A DNA stretch of 28,092 nucleotides from Planctomycetota bacterium (GTDB lineage: Bacteria; Planctomycetota; GCA-002687715; DRQF01). The position numbers and the translations under genes were made by a program. Position 1 is the first letter of the stretch; every line of letters starts with the position of its first letter. Below, in pieces: positions 1-9,513 of the stretch. The DNA is taken from contig JAZGFI010000209.1 of assembly GCA_036479435.1 (NCBI GenBank), forward strand, positions 1 through 28,092, given 5' to 3'. Under the pieces are notes generated by a model. The model searched no databases and was not told the DNA's origin. It saw only the letters and a list, made by a program, of their open reading frames with translations.

Positions 1-20
1 TCACTTGAACGCCCTCCCCA

Positions 21-1067
21 GTGCGTTTTGTGTTGACGTTGAACACCAACATCTACGCGCAGGGAGAGGGCTTTCTTCGTGCTTTTGCGATTACACTTCA
101 CCAATCCGCGCTTGTTCGAGGACTAGAGGCATTGCCTTTTGAGTTCGAATCCTTGGTCCAAACGGGGATCGTGTCCAAGGAGCAATGGCTCGAACTCGAC
201 CCCTTGGTTTCTGATCTCATGACTCGCGTTGCAGAGTGCTCGGGACCAGAGCAGCAAGATTATCTTTTGTCGACGCCGTTTACGTCTTTGTCGGCCTCGC
301 GCCGCGCGGTAAATATCTTGAGTTTGAGCGGCCGGCGCCACGCTGAGAACGGCGACTGGGATCAGGCCACCGTGGACTGCGAGGCCGCTCTCAAAGTCAT
401 CAACTTAGTCGCGGTTCAAAGCCATGAGCTCATCAACCAACTCATCGCCGACGTGTGTGAGCAGATCCTTGTGGCGCACTTACAGCAGATCTCATGCTAC
501 GACGGTTTTCGCGTCGAGGGATTTCTAGGGGTCTGGCTGCAACACCTCGGCCGCCAACCCAATCGCAGGGCCTTTTTTTGGCGAGTCTGGCTTGAGGACC
601 TGCGCTGGGCTCTGACTCAATTCAACGCACGAGACGGCAGATCGAAGCCCCATTTCAATCTCGGCGACTTCGGCCACGAAAACCAGGATGACCTCTCTGC
701 CGTATTGACCAGCCTTCAGCAAGTTGAGGCCGAACTCGAAAACGGCCCGAAAGCGCTGGCCCAACACGACGATGAGCCCGTCGTTCGAGAACTGTTCGCT
801 AGGGGCTTCCAACATGTCCGAGATTGCGCCCAACGCAGCCAGCAACGACGGACATTGACGACTGCGGCCTTGGCGCTTCATTCCGTCGCAAAAGCCAGGG
901 GCAAGTGGCCACGGTCTCAAGAACAGCTTGAAGCCCTGCTGGTCGGCCCCCTCGAAGGCCAAATGCTCGAGCTTCACCAAGGCCCCAAAGGCCTTTGCCT
1001 GCAACCCAAGGGCATGGGTCCCCACACCGCCAGCAGTGATCGTCACCGCAGGTGGCGCCTGGAGTAA
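21..1067 (+). CDS. Hypothetical helical protein (Planctomycete-type); start uncertain
   Basis: 348-aa ORF ending in TAA, with a hairpin at 1097-1139 downstream. C-terminal ALALH..ARGKWPRSQEQL resembles the tails of many Planctomycete hypothetical proteins. An in-frame TGA at 6-8 limits upstream extension. Confidence 0.6.
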   Translation: MRFVLTLNTNIYAQGEGFLRAFAITLHQSALVRGLEALPFEFESLVQTGIVSKEQWLELDPLVSDLMTRVAECSGPEQQDYLLSTPFTSLSASRRAVNILSLSGRRHAENGDWDQATVDCEAALKVINLVAVQSHELINQLIADVCEQILVAHLQQISCYDGFRVEGFLGVWLQHLGRQPNRRAFFWRVWLEDLRWALTQFNARDGRSKPHFNLGDFGHENQDDLSAVLTSLQQVEAELENGPKALAQHDDEPVVRELFARGFQHVRDCAQRSQQRRTLTTAALALHSVAKARGKWPRSQEQLEALLVGPLEGQMLELHQGPKGLCLQPKGMGPHTASSDRHRRWRLE

Positions 1068-1096
1068 GACCAGGCCATCGAGGCAAGTCAACACGC

Positions 1097-1139
1097 AAAA
1101 AGAAAAGCGCGCGTTCAGGATCTCTCCTAAACGCGCGCT
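1097..1139 (-). terminator. Rho-independent terminator, strongest for the minus strand, possibly bidirectional
   Basis: Minus strand reads AGCGCGCGTTTAGGA-GAGA-TCCTGAACGCGCGCT then TTTCTTTTT. It has a GNRA loop and lies between convergent genes. Confidence 0.85.
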
Positions 1140-1182
1140 CTTCGGTTGAGGTTGGACGTTCGCACGCTAGCCGAGGGTGTAG

Positions 1183-2112
1183 CTATCGAGCGACGGCTGC
1201 CTTCCTCTTAAGCGAAGTCAGTTGGGCCTTTTGTTGGATCGGTTCCCAGTAGGCTGTGGTTTCGATGACACTCGTGCGCGACTTGCTCTTGTAGCTCAGA
1301 CGGCTTTTGAGTGGCGTGTCGTCACTGAGCGAATACCAAAGCTCATACTTGGTCTGCGGTGCCGACTTACCGGTTTTTTGCTTGGGCCAACCCGAAACGA
1401 TCGAGCCACGAATGTAGGCGATGTTTTTCCTACCTTCGCGTTTGACGTTGACGAGCTGAAACTTCGCCACGAGCTTGCCGCAATTGGCGACGTTCAAAAG
1501 ATCACCTTTCCAAGTCCAAGTTTCGCGCGCCGCCGTGCTCTTACCGGACAAGATCGCGCCAAATCCGGCCAAGCTTGATCCCAGCAAACCTTGCTGGGTG
1601 GTCATGAGCTTTCAGCACTCACCGGGACGGGCTTCGCCGCGACGGTCGATGGGAAACGCGAGGGTCTCCTTCATCTCGCCGGCAAACCAAGTCTTGTCGG
1701 TATGGCAGCCCTGGCCTTTTTCGTAGCCGCCACCGCGCGTCCACACAATGTCCGAAGCTGACTTCTTGCCCGCTTTGGTCGAACTTCCGAGGTAGCTCGC
1801 CGCCATGAAACGGCCCGAGGTGAGGTAAGGGCTTTGACGCCCCTGCTTTTTGAAAGTCCAATGCAGAGTCGCGGTCTTAGTAGATTTGCCAGACATGCCA
1901 GACCTGCCGTCTTTTTCGACGTAGTTCCAGCTTTCGGTGGCCTCATAGCTGACAACGAGCCGCTTGTCAGCCGGAGGCTGAAAAGTGAGGTCGTAGTGAC
2001 AAAGCGAAGGCAGCGCCAAGGCATCGGGCGAAATAATGACGCTTTGGCCAGCTATCGAGAGGGCCGACAGCCCCAAAATAGGCCCGAGCAACAAGAATCC
2101 GAGTGATTTCAT
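1183..2112 (-). CDS. Secreted protein (309 aa) with in-frame UGA at codon 167; candidate selenoprotein with Cys166-Sec167
   Basis: ORFs 1612..2112 and 1183..1605 are in the same frame: GAG TGC TGA AAG CTC ATG. GGAGG...AGGA lies before the ATG at 2112, followed by signal peptide MKSLGFLLLGPILGLSALSIA. No clear SD precedes the ATG at 1605. A SECIS-like hairpin follows the UGA and a terminator follows the final stop. Confidence 0.7.
1571..1611 (-). promoter_or_regulatory. Bacterial SECIS-like stem-loop
   Basis: After the UGA the mRNA reads AAGCU CA UGA CCA CCCAGCAA GGU UUGCUGGG A UCA AGCUU. The upper stem is a perfect 8 bp, the lower stem starts at +1, and the GGU loop is at +22..+24. Confidence 0.65.
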
Positions 2113-2384
2113 TCCTTTACCTCCGTCGTTTCAAGATCGATACCTTCATTGTGACGGGTAGTTTGTGAATAGGATCACGCGAAATTGACCGATTTTTGCT
2201 AATCGAGCCGAGAGGGCCCCCATCCCCGATTCAGGGCTGATTTCATCGGAATAAAATCGCGATCGACGGCCCCAAGCCCAAGAAGCTAAATTGATATCTC
2301 AGCAGCAGCCCAGCCCCATTGCATGAATACCAAGGCCAAATCGACCGTGGCGGCGACCTGCGATAGAAAGAGTAAGATCAGCAG

Positions 2385-3008
2385 ATGCCTCCCCACCGCC
2401 CAACACAAGAGGACCTCCTAATCGAGCGAAGTTTGGCGGGCGATCCTGCCGCTCTTCAGGGTTTGCTCGTACGCAACCTCCCCACGCTTGAGACCTATAT
2501 TCGTCTCCGCTCCCCGGATCTTGTTGGGCCTCGCGAGTCAGTCACCGACTTGGCCCAATCGACTTGCCGCGAGATCCTCGAGAATCTCGACCGCTTCCAG
2601 CACGGCGGGGAGGGTCATTTTCGGGCTTGGCTCTACGAAACGGCCGACCGCAAGCTGAAAAATCGACGCCGCCACAACCATGCCCAACGCCGCGACGTCA
2701 AGCGAGTACGGCCGATGGATTCCGCCCACGACGCAGCGCGACATCTAGCTGGATTTCGAGGCGTGCACACGCCTAGTGCCCACGCGGAGGCTCGCGAAGA
2801 ACTCGACGAACTCGTCGACTGCTTGGATGAAATCGGCGAAGAGCCACGGCGGCTCATTCTCTTGGCCCGAATCGCCAAGATTCCCCATCGCGTCATCGCC
2901 GAACGACAAAAAATGAGCGAGGCCACCGTGCGGCAAGCGCTTCACCGGGCCCTGGCCGCGCTCGCCGAGCGGATCGCTTCGCGGCGGCGACCTGAGCCGC
3001 CGTCATGA
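2385..3008 (+). CDS. ECF RNA polymerase sigma factor (kinase-associated type)
   Basis: Sigma2 (DLAQSTCRE, FRAWLY) and sigma4 (IAERQKMSEATVRQALHRA) motifs. The stop overlaps the kinase start (ATGA). Confidence 0.92.
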   Translation: MPPHRPTQEDLLIERSLAGDPAALQGLLVRNLPTLETYIRLRSPDLVGPRESVTDLAQSTCREILENLDRFQHGGEGHFRAWLYETADRKLKNRRRHNHAQRRDVKRVRPMDSAHDAARHLAGFRGVHTPSAHAEAREELDELVDCLDEIGEEPRRLILLARIAKIPHRVIAERQKMSEATVRQALHRALAALAERIASRRRPEPPS

Positions 3009-5860
3009 CTCAATCTGACACCAACTATGTGCAGGATCTTGTCGCCCATTGCATCGATCTCTTCGATTGCGAAGGCGCCGGTGGCGTAGACGAGTTTCTT
3101 GCCGACAACCCGCATCGACTCGAGGTCCGCGAGCATCTGGCAATTTTGTCTGACAATGGGCTCTTGAGCCCTCCCGCCCCGCCGTCCATCCAAGGGTATG
3201 AGCTTTCCTATCGTATTGGTGTCGGCGGTATGGGCGAAGTTTGGGCCGCTAACGATCTTCGAACCGGCACGTCCGTGGCCATCAAGACCATTCGTTGTGA
3301 CCTCTTCAATTCACCTCGCCTCATCAAACGACTCCAACGCGAAGTTGAAACGGTCGCCAGGCTCCAACACGAAGTCATCGTACCGGTCATCGACTCCGGA
3401 GAGAATGTCCTTGGTCCCTGGTTTGCGATGCCGCGAGTTTTAGGGGCTTCGCTTGAGTGTTTGCTCAACGTTCTTCCAGGAGTTTCACAAGGCGCCTCTC
3501 CCCTGGCCTTGGCATTGGAGCAGGCCGGTATCGGGGACTTGGACCAAGACGCCAAGCTCTTTTCTTTGGACTACGCTCGCTCGGTCGCCTACATCGGAGC
3601 GAGCGTTGCCGACGCTCTCGCCACCGCACACGCCGCCGGTGTTCTCCATCGCGACATCAAGCCCTCGAATATCCTGATCACACCCAAAGGCGAAGTGCGT
3701 TTGATTGACTTTGGCCTCGCGCGCGACGAACTGCAAAGCCGCATGACGGCGACGGATTCACCCATGGGTTCACTGGCCTACATGCCCCCCGAGCAGCGCG
3801 CTGGCATGCAGGATCTCGACGCGACCGCAGACATCCATGCTTTGGGCGCCACGCTTCACGAACTCGTCACCGGAAAACCGCCGCGGCCCCAAGACGAGCG
3901 AGGAACTTCGGGTTCCAACCCTGGTGACGATTTGGCACCTGGTGGTTTAAACATCGTGATCGAAGCTTCGATCCGGCCGCAACGCAAACACCGCTACTCA
4001 AGCGCCGCGCAATTGAGGGACGACTTGGAGAGAGTGGTTGCCAAGAACTCTCCGAGACCACCGCGCATTCCTCTTATTCATCGGTCGATGGAGGCTGTCC
4101 GCCGCCACCCTGCTCTCGCACTTGGCATCGCCTTGGCCCTCGGCGCGCTGCTCACTTGGGGTCTGCGCGGCAAGGCACCGCAACCAAGGCCGCCGGTCCA
4201 AAATTTAGGGCCCAAATTCTCAATGGAAGAAGCCGCGAAACTTGCTCGTCGACTCTCTGCAATTGACCGACGTGGCCTTGGCAAAAAAGTGACATTGGAG
4301 GAGAGGCTGGAGATCAACCGCGCAATCTTGACTTTCTATGCGCCTTTTCTCGACCGAGCCGATAAAGACATCCCGAAAGTCGCCCTCGCCGACGCATCGG
4401 TCGCGATGAAAACCCTGGCGCAATTAAACTACACCTGCGGAAGTCTGGGCGAAACAGACCAAGCTCTAGAGAACGGACTCAGAGCCTACAAAGAACGACT
4501 GCGGCGCGGGGACGAGATTGGACAAACTCTGGCGGAGTTTGCCGCACTCGAACGCACAGCGGCCCTCCGAAGTGCTTCTCTGAAGCAGCTCGACGAGTCA
4601 ATTAAGCACTTCAGAAACTCGGCGGGATACTTTCGGCGCGCTCGCCCCAAACTAGACAGATCCAAGCACAACCTACTTGATCGCCGCTTGGCGGGGACGC
4701 TCGGCGAGTTGGCCAATGCTCACCGGCTCATCGGCCAAGTCGAGGAATCACTGGCAGTCTGGGATACGGCCATCTCAATGGCAGATTCAAACCCCAAGCT
4801 GCAAGCCTTGGCCATTTCATTGCGCGGCCGCAAGATGCTTGTTCTGAGGGCGAAGGGTCGAGCGCGAGAGGCCGCGAGCTTGCAAGAACTCTGTGTCACC
4901 GCGATGAAGCGCATGTTAGAGGACCCAGAATCGGGCTTGAGTCGAAAACAACGCATTGATTTCTTGCAGGTCCTTGCCCAGGACATTCACCTATCTGGCC
5001 AAAACAGATCCGTTAGCGACTCCGGGCCCTACCTCGCAGAGGTCGTCAAACTGCGGCGGCTCGATCTTGTGGAGCAACCGAAGCACAATGTAGCGCGCGT
5101 CACTTTGGCACTGGCGCTCAGCAACTATGGCGCACATCTCGCGCGGCATGATCCCGAAGGCGCAACTGAGCAACTGCAGCAGTCGCTACGTCTCCTAGAC
5201 GAACTGCCGAAAGAACACGACAAACTAGCGGACGTGGAATCGACGCGGTCCTTGGTACTCAACAACCTTAGCATCGCGCAGCTTCGCTTAGATCCAAGCC
5301 GGGCCGCCAAATATTCGGAGCAGGCCATCTCGGCGCTCAAGGAACTCATCGAATCTCAGCCGGCTCAAGCCGAGTCTTTGAGCATGCTCGGCGGCTTCCT
5401 ACAAAACCATGCCAATGCCTTGATGGACTCGAATCGACCCCGCGAGGCCGTCGAAGTAATCCTTGAGGCGATCGACGCCCAAGAAAGAGCCTTCGCGCTC
5501 AACAAACGCTCTCTGCGCATCCGGTCAACTTTGCGTGTTCATCTTGACGAGTTGATCGCGCTTTACGCAGCCCTGAATGATCCCGTTTCCACGGTCTCGT
5601 TGCTGAAGCGCGTCGAGACTTTCTTCGAGAATGAACCCGAAGAACAACGCTGGATTGCGGAACTCTACTGGAAACAAGCTCGGTCCCCCGAGCAGCCTCG
5701 AGACGCCCATGCCAAAGTCACTCTTGAGGGGACTTTGCGCTGCATCAGACGCGCGCTCAATGCTGGCGTGGAAAGCCCTATCTCCATCGCAGCCAACTCA
5801 AGACTCAGTGGGCTGTTGCTCGAGGCTCAGTATCTCGAACTTATCGAGCGCAAAGAATAA
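3005..5860 (+). CDS. Hanks-type Ser/Thr protein kinase with TM helix and C-terminal TPR-like region
   Basis: Motifs GVGGMGEV, VAIK, HRDIKPSN, DFGLA and GSLAYMPPEQ. Hydrophobic segment ALALGIALALGALLTWGL. Helical repeats of the LALALSNYG / LVLNNLS type. Confidence 0.95.
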   Translation: MTQSDTNYVQDLVAHCIDLFDCEGAGGVDEFLADNPHRLEVREHLAILSDNGLLSPPAPPSIQGYELSYRIGVGGMGEVWAANDLRTGTSVAIKTIRCDLFNSPRLIKRLQREVETVARLQHEVIVPVIDSGENVLGPWFAMPRVLGASLECLLNVLPGVSQGASPLALALEQAGIGDLDQDAKLFSLDYARSVAYIGASVADALATAHAAGVLHRDIKPSNILITPKGEVRLIDFGLARDELQSRMTATDSPMGSLAYMPPEQRAGMQDLDATADIHALGATLHELVTGKPPRPQDERGTSGSNPGDDLAPGGLNIVIEASIRPQRKHRYSSAAQLRDDLERVVAKNSPRPPRIPLIHRSMEAVRRHPALALGIALALGALLTWGLRGKAPQPRPPVQNLGPKFSMEEAAKLARRLSAIDRRGLGKKVTLEERLEINRAILTFYAPFLDRADKDIPKVALADASVAMKTLAQLNYTCGSLGETDQALENGLRAYKERLRRGDEIGQTLAEFAALERTAALRSASLKQLDESIKHFRNSAGYFRRARPKLDRSKHNLLDRRLAGTLGELANAHRLIGQVEESLAVWDTAISMADSNPKLQALAISLRGRKMLVLRAKGRAREAASLQELCVTAMKRMLEDPESGLSRKQRIDFLQVLAQDIHLSGQNRSVSDSGPYLAEVVKLRRLDLVEQPKHNVARVTLALALSNYGAHLARHDPEGATEQLQQSLRLLDELPKEHDKLADVESTRSLVLNNLSIAQLRLDPSRAAKYSEQAISALKELIESQPAQAESLSMLGGFLQNHANALMDSNRPREAVEVILEAIDAQERAFALNKRSLRIRSTLRVHLDELIALYAALNDPVSTVSLLKRVETFFENEPEEQRWIAELYWKQARSPEQPRDAHAKVTLEGTLRCIRRALNAGVESPISIAANSRLSGLLLEAQYLELIERKE

Positions 5861-5887
5861 CCCGCCTCGCCTGGCCAGCGAAGCGGG
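5852..5887 (-). terminator. Rho-independent terminator for the minus-strand gene
   Basis: Minus strand reads CCCGCTTCGC-TGGCCAG-GCGAGGCGGG then TTATTCTTT. Confidence 0.7.
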
Positions 5888-5944
5888 CTATCGGTCACGA
5901 AGTGAGCGAGTGAATAACTCGCAATCGCTCACAACAGGGCTTGG

Positions 5945-7876
5945 TTAGTGCGAACCGTTGCCGGAAAACACGCGATAACCGCTGAACTGGATGAAAATGG
6001 GAAACTCGGGGTTTGGCAAGTAGATCGGTTCGAACACTAAGGTGTTGCGACCGTTCAGACCCAATGTCAACAGATCTTGGTTACCGTCAAAGCGCTCAAA
6101 GATCGGGAACACCGAACTGGAGACGGAATCTTCGCCCTCATGGTACTCGGCCCGGAAACTGAAATCCGCACCCGTGATGGCGGTCAACGGCGGGGTCAAG
6201 CCACCCCGTGAAAGCCCCACAATGCCATCGCTCTCGTTGAGTGAATCGTAGTGGAATTCAATCGTACCGTCTTCGTACAGCACCACAGAAAAGCTATTGC
6301 CGTTGGCCGCCTGAGAGAAAGCCGAAAGGCGTTCCCAGGAAATCGTAACGGCGGTCGTGGGACCCGGTCCGCCGAAGACGCCGCCGTTTTCGTTCGACCG
6401 AAAGCGAATTTGAGCCTGGGCGCCAATGTTGGCGTTGAAGTCATCCCAGAAAGGAGCGATGCGCGGTTGGTCAGAGTAGAGTTCGGACACGGATTCGCTG
6501 AAGTCACTGTCTCCCGAGACAAATGTGATGTTGCCGTTCGAATTGACGAAACACTCGGTGTAGTCGATCCCGTAGAACTCAAAGCCGTCGCCGCCGTTCA
6601 TTCCACTTAAATCGACAATACCTGAGCTATCATCTCCCAGCGGATTTCCTGAGGAGTCCTCGACAATCGTATCGCCCAAGGGAATCTGAAGCTCGTTTTG
6701 GATGACGACGCGAGTCACTGCGGTCAGTCGAAGACCCGAAGTGGCTGTGGGATCAATCATGACCGATTGCATGGCGAATACGCCGTCAGGAGTCGTCTCA
6801 GGAATCGTGATGTCGAGATATTTTTCGCCGCCTCCGATGGTTCCCAGAAGGACGTCACCTGGCGATGTCGGGTTGATACCGTCGATAACGACCTGGATTG
6901 GAGCAGACTGCACCAAGCTAAACTCGCCAATAGTGGTCTGACTAGCACCGCGGTTGAAAACACCCGTCAGAAGCGCAAAGGGAGTCGGCGAAGGATCTGA
7001 TCCAAAATGAAGGGTCGCGTTCTGCCCCGGAGTAAGCTTCATCTCATAGGGAGCCAGGTTGACGAGGTCGCCTTCAGTGTGCGTGCCAACTTGATAGTCG
7101 TCGTCATTCTGGTCGCCAATCAAGCGCATCGAAGCGGCGCGGGTATTGGCGCCACCGCTGCGTACGGTGAAGTTGTCAACGTAGGCCTGCGAGTCGTTGG
7201 TGTCATTGGGGCCACCGTTGGCCACTGAGATCTCGATCCTAAGAAGCTGGCCGGCCACAGTAAGGGAACTGATGTCCGTTTGGGCTCGTTTGTAACCGGA
7301 GGGCGCGGGCTCCCGACGACGATTGTTGTCGCCGATGATGACGAGTGCAAACGGAGCCGACGAACGCACGTAAGCGATCTCCCCACCATTCGCACCGGGA
7401 ACACCGTTGTAGGCCGGAGTGCCCCCGCTGGTACCGTTGTCAACGAAGACCATGTTCTTGACGAGCGATCCACTCAGAACATCGATGATATCGATTGACA
7501 AGAAGTCGTTCTTGCTGGAGTTGTTCTCATGTTCCCTTTGAACAAAAGTCCAGTCGATACCGACGAAGCAGTTTGGACCAGCCGGTCGGGTGAAATTGTG
7601 CTGAAGTTTGGAGACCCTACCGAAGCCAACTCCCGCGGTATGAGGACCGTGTCCTGCCGACGTAAAGTTCGTTGATCCGGCACTAACGCGGGCGTACTGA
7701 GCGCCGTCGCTGGGAAATAAAAGTGATGCACCCGTGAGAAGGGTGGTTGCACTCGGGGGAGTCGCAATCCAGTTCGCGAGTCCGCTTTCAAAACTGCTGT
7801 TGCTTTGGGCGGTCAGGGCACTTGCGGCCAGACAGAGCACCAGGGCAACTCGATTCAAGGTCATTAGGTGTTGCAT
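5945..7876 (-). CDS. Secreted beta-rich protein with C-terminal NIDO/nidogen-like domain
   Basis: Signal peptide MTLNRVALVLCLAASALTAQS (start at 7876 or 7864). C-terminal FEFYG..Y...FVNSNGNITF, IAPFWDD and NSFSVVLYEDGTIEFHY are typical of NIDO-like domains. Confidence 0.8.
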   Translation of the reverse strand: MQHLMTLNRVALVLCLAASALTAQSNSSFESGLANWIATPPSATTLLTGASLLFPSDGAQYARVSAGSTNFTSAGHGPHTAGVGFGRVSKLQHNFTRPAGPNCFVGIDWTFVQREHENNSSKNDFLSIDIIDVLSGSLVKNMVFVDNGTSGGTPAYNGVPGANGGEIAYVRSSAPFALVIIGDNNRRREPAPSGYKRAQTDISSLTVAGQLLRIEISVANGGPNDTNDSQAYVDNFTVRSGGANTRAASMRLIGDQNDDDYQVGTHTEGDLVNLAPYEMKLTPGQNATLHFGSDPSPTPFALLTGVFNRGASQTTIGEFSLVQSAPIQVVIDGINPTSPGDVLLGTIGGGEKYLDITIPETTPDGVFAMQSVMIDPTATSGLRLTAVTRVVIQNELQIPLGDTIVEDSSGNPLGDDSSGIVDLSGMNGGDGFEFYGIDYTECFVNSNGNITFVSGDSDFSESVSELYSDQPRIAPFWDDFNANIGAQAQIRFRSNENGGVFGGPGPTTAVTISWERLSAFSQAANGNSFSVVLYEDGTIEFHYDSLNESDGIVGLSRGGLTPPLTAITGADFSFRAEYHEGEDSVSSSVFPIFERFDGNQDLLTLGLNGRNTLVFEPIYLPNPEFPIFIQFSGYRVFSGNGSH

Positions 7877-8020
7877 TTTGGGATCCAAGCCAGAAAAAGG
7901 TGAAATGAGGTCCCGGTATCTCCGGGTTCGCAATAGCTGTATCACAGCCCTATCCGCTTTGTGACAAAATTAAGTTGTGAAGAATTGGCGAAGCGGTTTC
8001 GGGGGCCCGTCGCAGCGATC

Positions 8021-8045
8021 TTTAACTTTTCATTGCAAAGTTAAA
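8021..8045. promoter_or_regulatory. Palindromic operator-like site
   Basis: TTTAACTTT-tcattgc-AAAGTTAAA, an AT-rich inverted repeat in a divergent intergenic region. Confidence 0.55.
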
Positions 8046-8101
8046 AGCTCGCGACTAGGGTGGAGCCTCAGCAAGTTTGGACTTCAGGCGAGGATGGCGC
8101 A

Positions 8102-8791
8102 TTGAGATTCTTCAAGACCAGCGACGAGCTGCTTCGCGGCCGATTCACGAAAGCCGACGATCTCCGATCGGGGCGCATTGACGTCCCCAGTCGCAAGCTG
8201 CCATCACGAGCTTGGCACTGGGCCTTTTCTACGGCCTGTTCATGGCCCTCTACGCCACCTTGAGGCCCGAGAACGCAAGCCTCATGCCCTTGATCGCCAC
8301 AGCCGTGAAAGTCCCACTCCTGTTTTTAGCAACCCTCGCGGTGACCTTTCCTTCGCTCTATGTCCTGTCGGCCCTGGCTGGCTCGCGGCTACGGGGGCAA
8401 TCAACGCTTCGCTTGCTCTTGGTCACCGTCAACCTCGCCTTGTTGGCGAGCCTGGCTCCCATCACCGCCTTCTTCACTTTTAGCACGACGAGCTAGGCCT
8501 TCATGGTGCTGCTCAACGTCTTCTTCTTTGGGATTGCGGGCCTCGTGGGCTTGAACTTCCTCGCTCGCAGTTTGGGCTAAGTCTTTGAGTTCGATGGCTC
8601 GACGCCCGCACGGCCAGCTGCGAGCTTGCCGGAAAAAAAAGCCAAAGATCCATCGCCCGATGGGCACCCAGATGGCCTGGATTCTCCGCCCCTTCATCGG
8701 AGACCCCAGGCTCCCCTTTGCCTGGTTCCGCGCGCACGAATCAAACTTCGCCGCGGCCGTCGTCGAGGCCATTGTCGAGCTCTTTTCTTGA
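8102..8791 (+). pseudogene. Multi-pass membrane protein, disrupted (family with K[VL]PL[LF]F and Q.AW.LRPF[IV]G motifs)
   Basis: TTG start after GAGG. Frameshift near 8200, in-frame TAG at 8494-8496 and TAA at 8578-8580. An apparent deletion or frameshift precedes GTQMAWILRPFIG. Paralogous to the next gene. Confidence 0.8.
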
Positions 8792-9459
8792 AGCGAGGCC
8801 TCGTTTCGCTCGGCGAGAAGCTGGGCGCGATGCTGCGCTCGGACGGTCTTTTTCGACCGTCAACACTTGGGCATCACCACCGTGACTACGTCATTGCCAC
8901 GGCGGTGGCTAGCGCCATTTACGGCATGTTGATGGGAAGCTTCTCGCTTCGCTGGCAGCAGTGTCTTTACTCAGCCGTCAAACTCCCGCTATTCGTCGCC
9001 GTGGCGACTCTCGTGTGTTTACCCCAGTTCTTCATGATGCATACAATTTTGGGATTGCGGGCCGACTTCAAGGACGCCCTCGGCGGAGTTCTCGCCGCTC
9101 AAGCCACGCTGGCCTTGGTGTTGGCGGCCCTCGCTCCCATGACGCTGGTGGTCTACGCTTCAACTTCGAGCTATCCCTTGGCCCTTTACTATCAGGGCAT
9201 CCCCTTTCTCTTCGCGACTTTGTGCGGCCAAGTCACGCTGGCCCGCCACTACCGCCCGCTCATTGCTCGCAACCCGCGACACCGCAGCTGCCGCAATCTG
9301 TGGCTGTTTCTTTTCGTCTTCGTGGCGACGCAAGCCGCTTGGGTCCTGCGACCCTTCGTCGGCACCACGGCCCTGCCGACGACGTTCTTTCGCCAGGAGG
9401 CCTGGAGCAATGCCTAGGTCCAAATTGCCCGAGGGCTCGGCCAGTTCCTGGGCGGTTGA
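8788..9459 (+). pseudogene. Paralogous multi-pass membrane protein with premature TAG 14 codons before the likely original stop; may still be functional
   Basis: SAVKLPLF and QAAWVLRPFVG match the upstream paralog. TAG at 9415-9417 is followed by VQIARGLGQFLGG and TGA at 9457-9459. Start is uncertain (TTG at 8788 overlapping the previous TGA). Confidence 0.65.
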
Positions 9460-9513
9460 CAGCCTGCGAGCGGCTGCCACAATCCATCCCTGGCAGCGAC
9501 CGTAAGGGACTCC

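Noticed and set aside
1612..1614. Genome-wide UGA=Trp/Gly recoding
   Set aside because: TGA is a normal stop elsewhere (3006-3008 in an ATGA overlap, 13683, 22074), and long genes contain no in-frame TGA.
8494..9417. TAG reassignment (Tyr or pyrrolysine), suggested by two in-frame TAGs in adjacent genes
   Set aside because: TAG ends apparently complete genes elsewhere (17363, 24042, 27005). The first gene also has a TAA and frameshifts, so decay explains it better.
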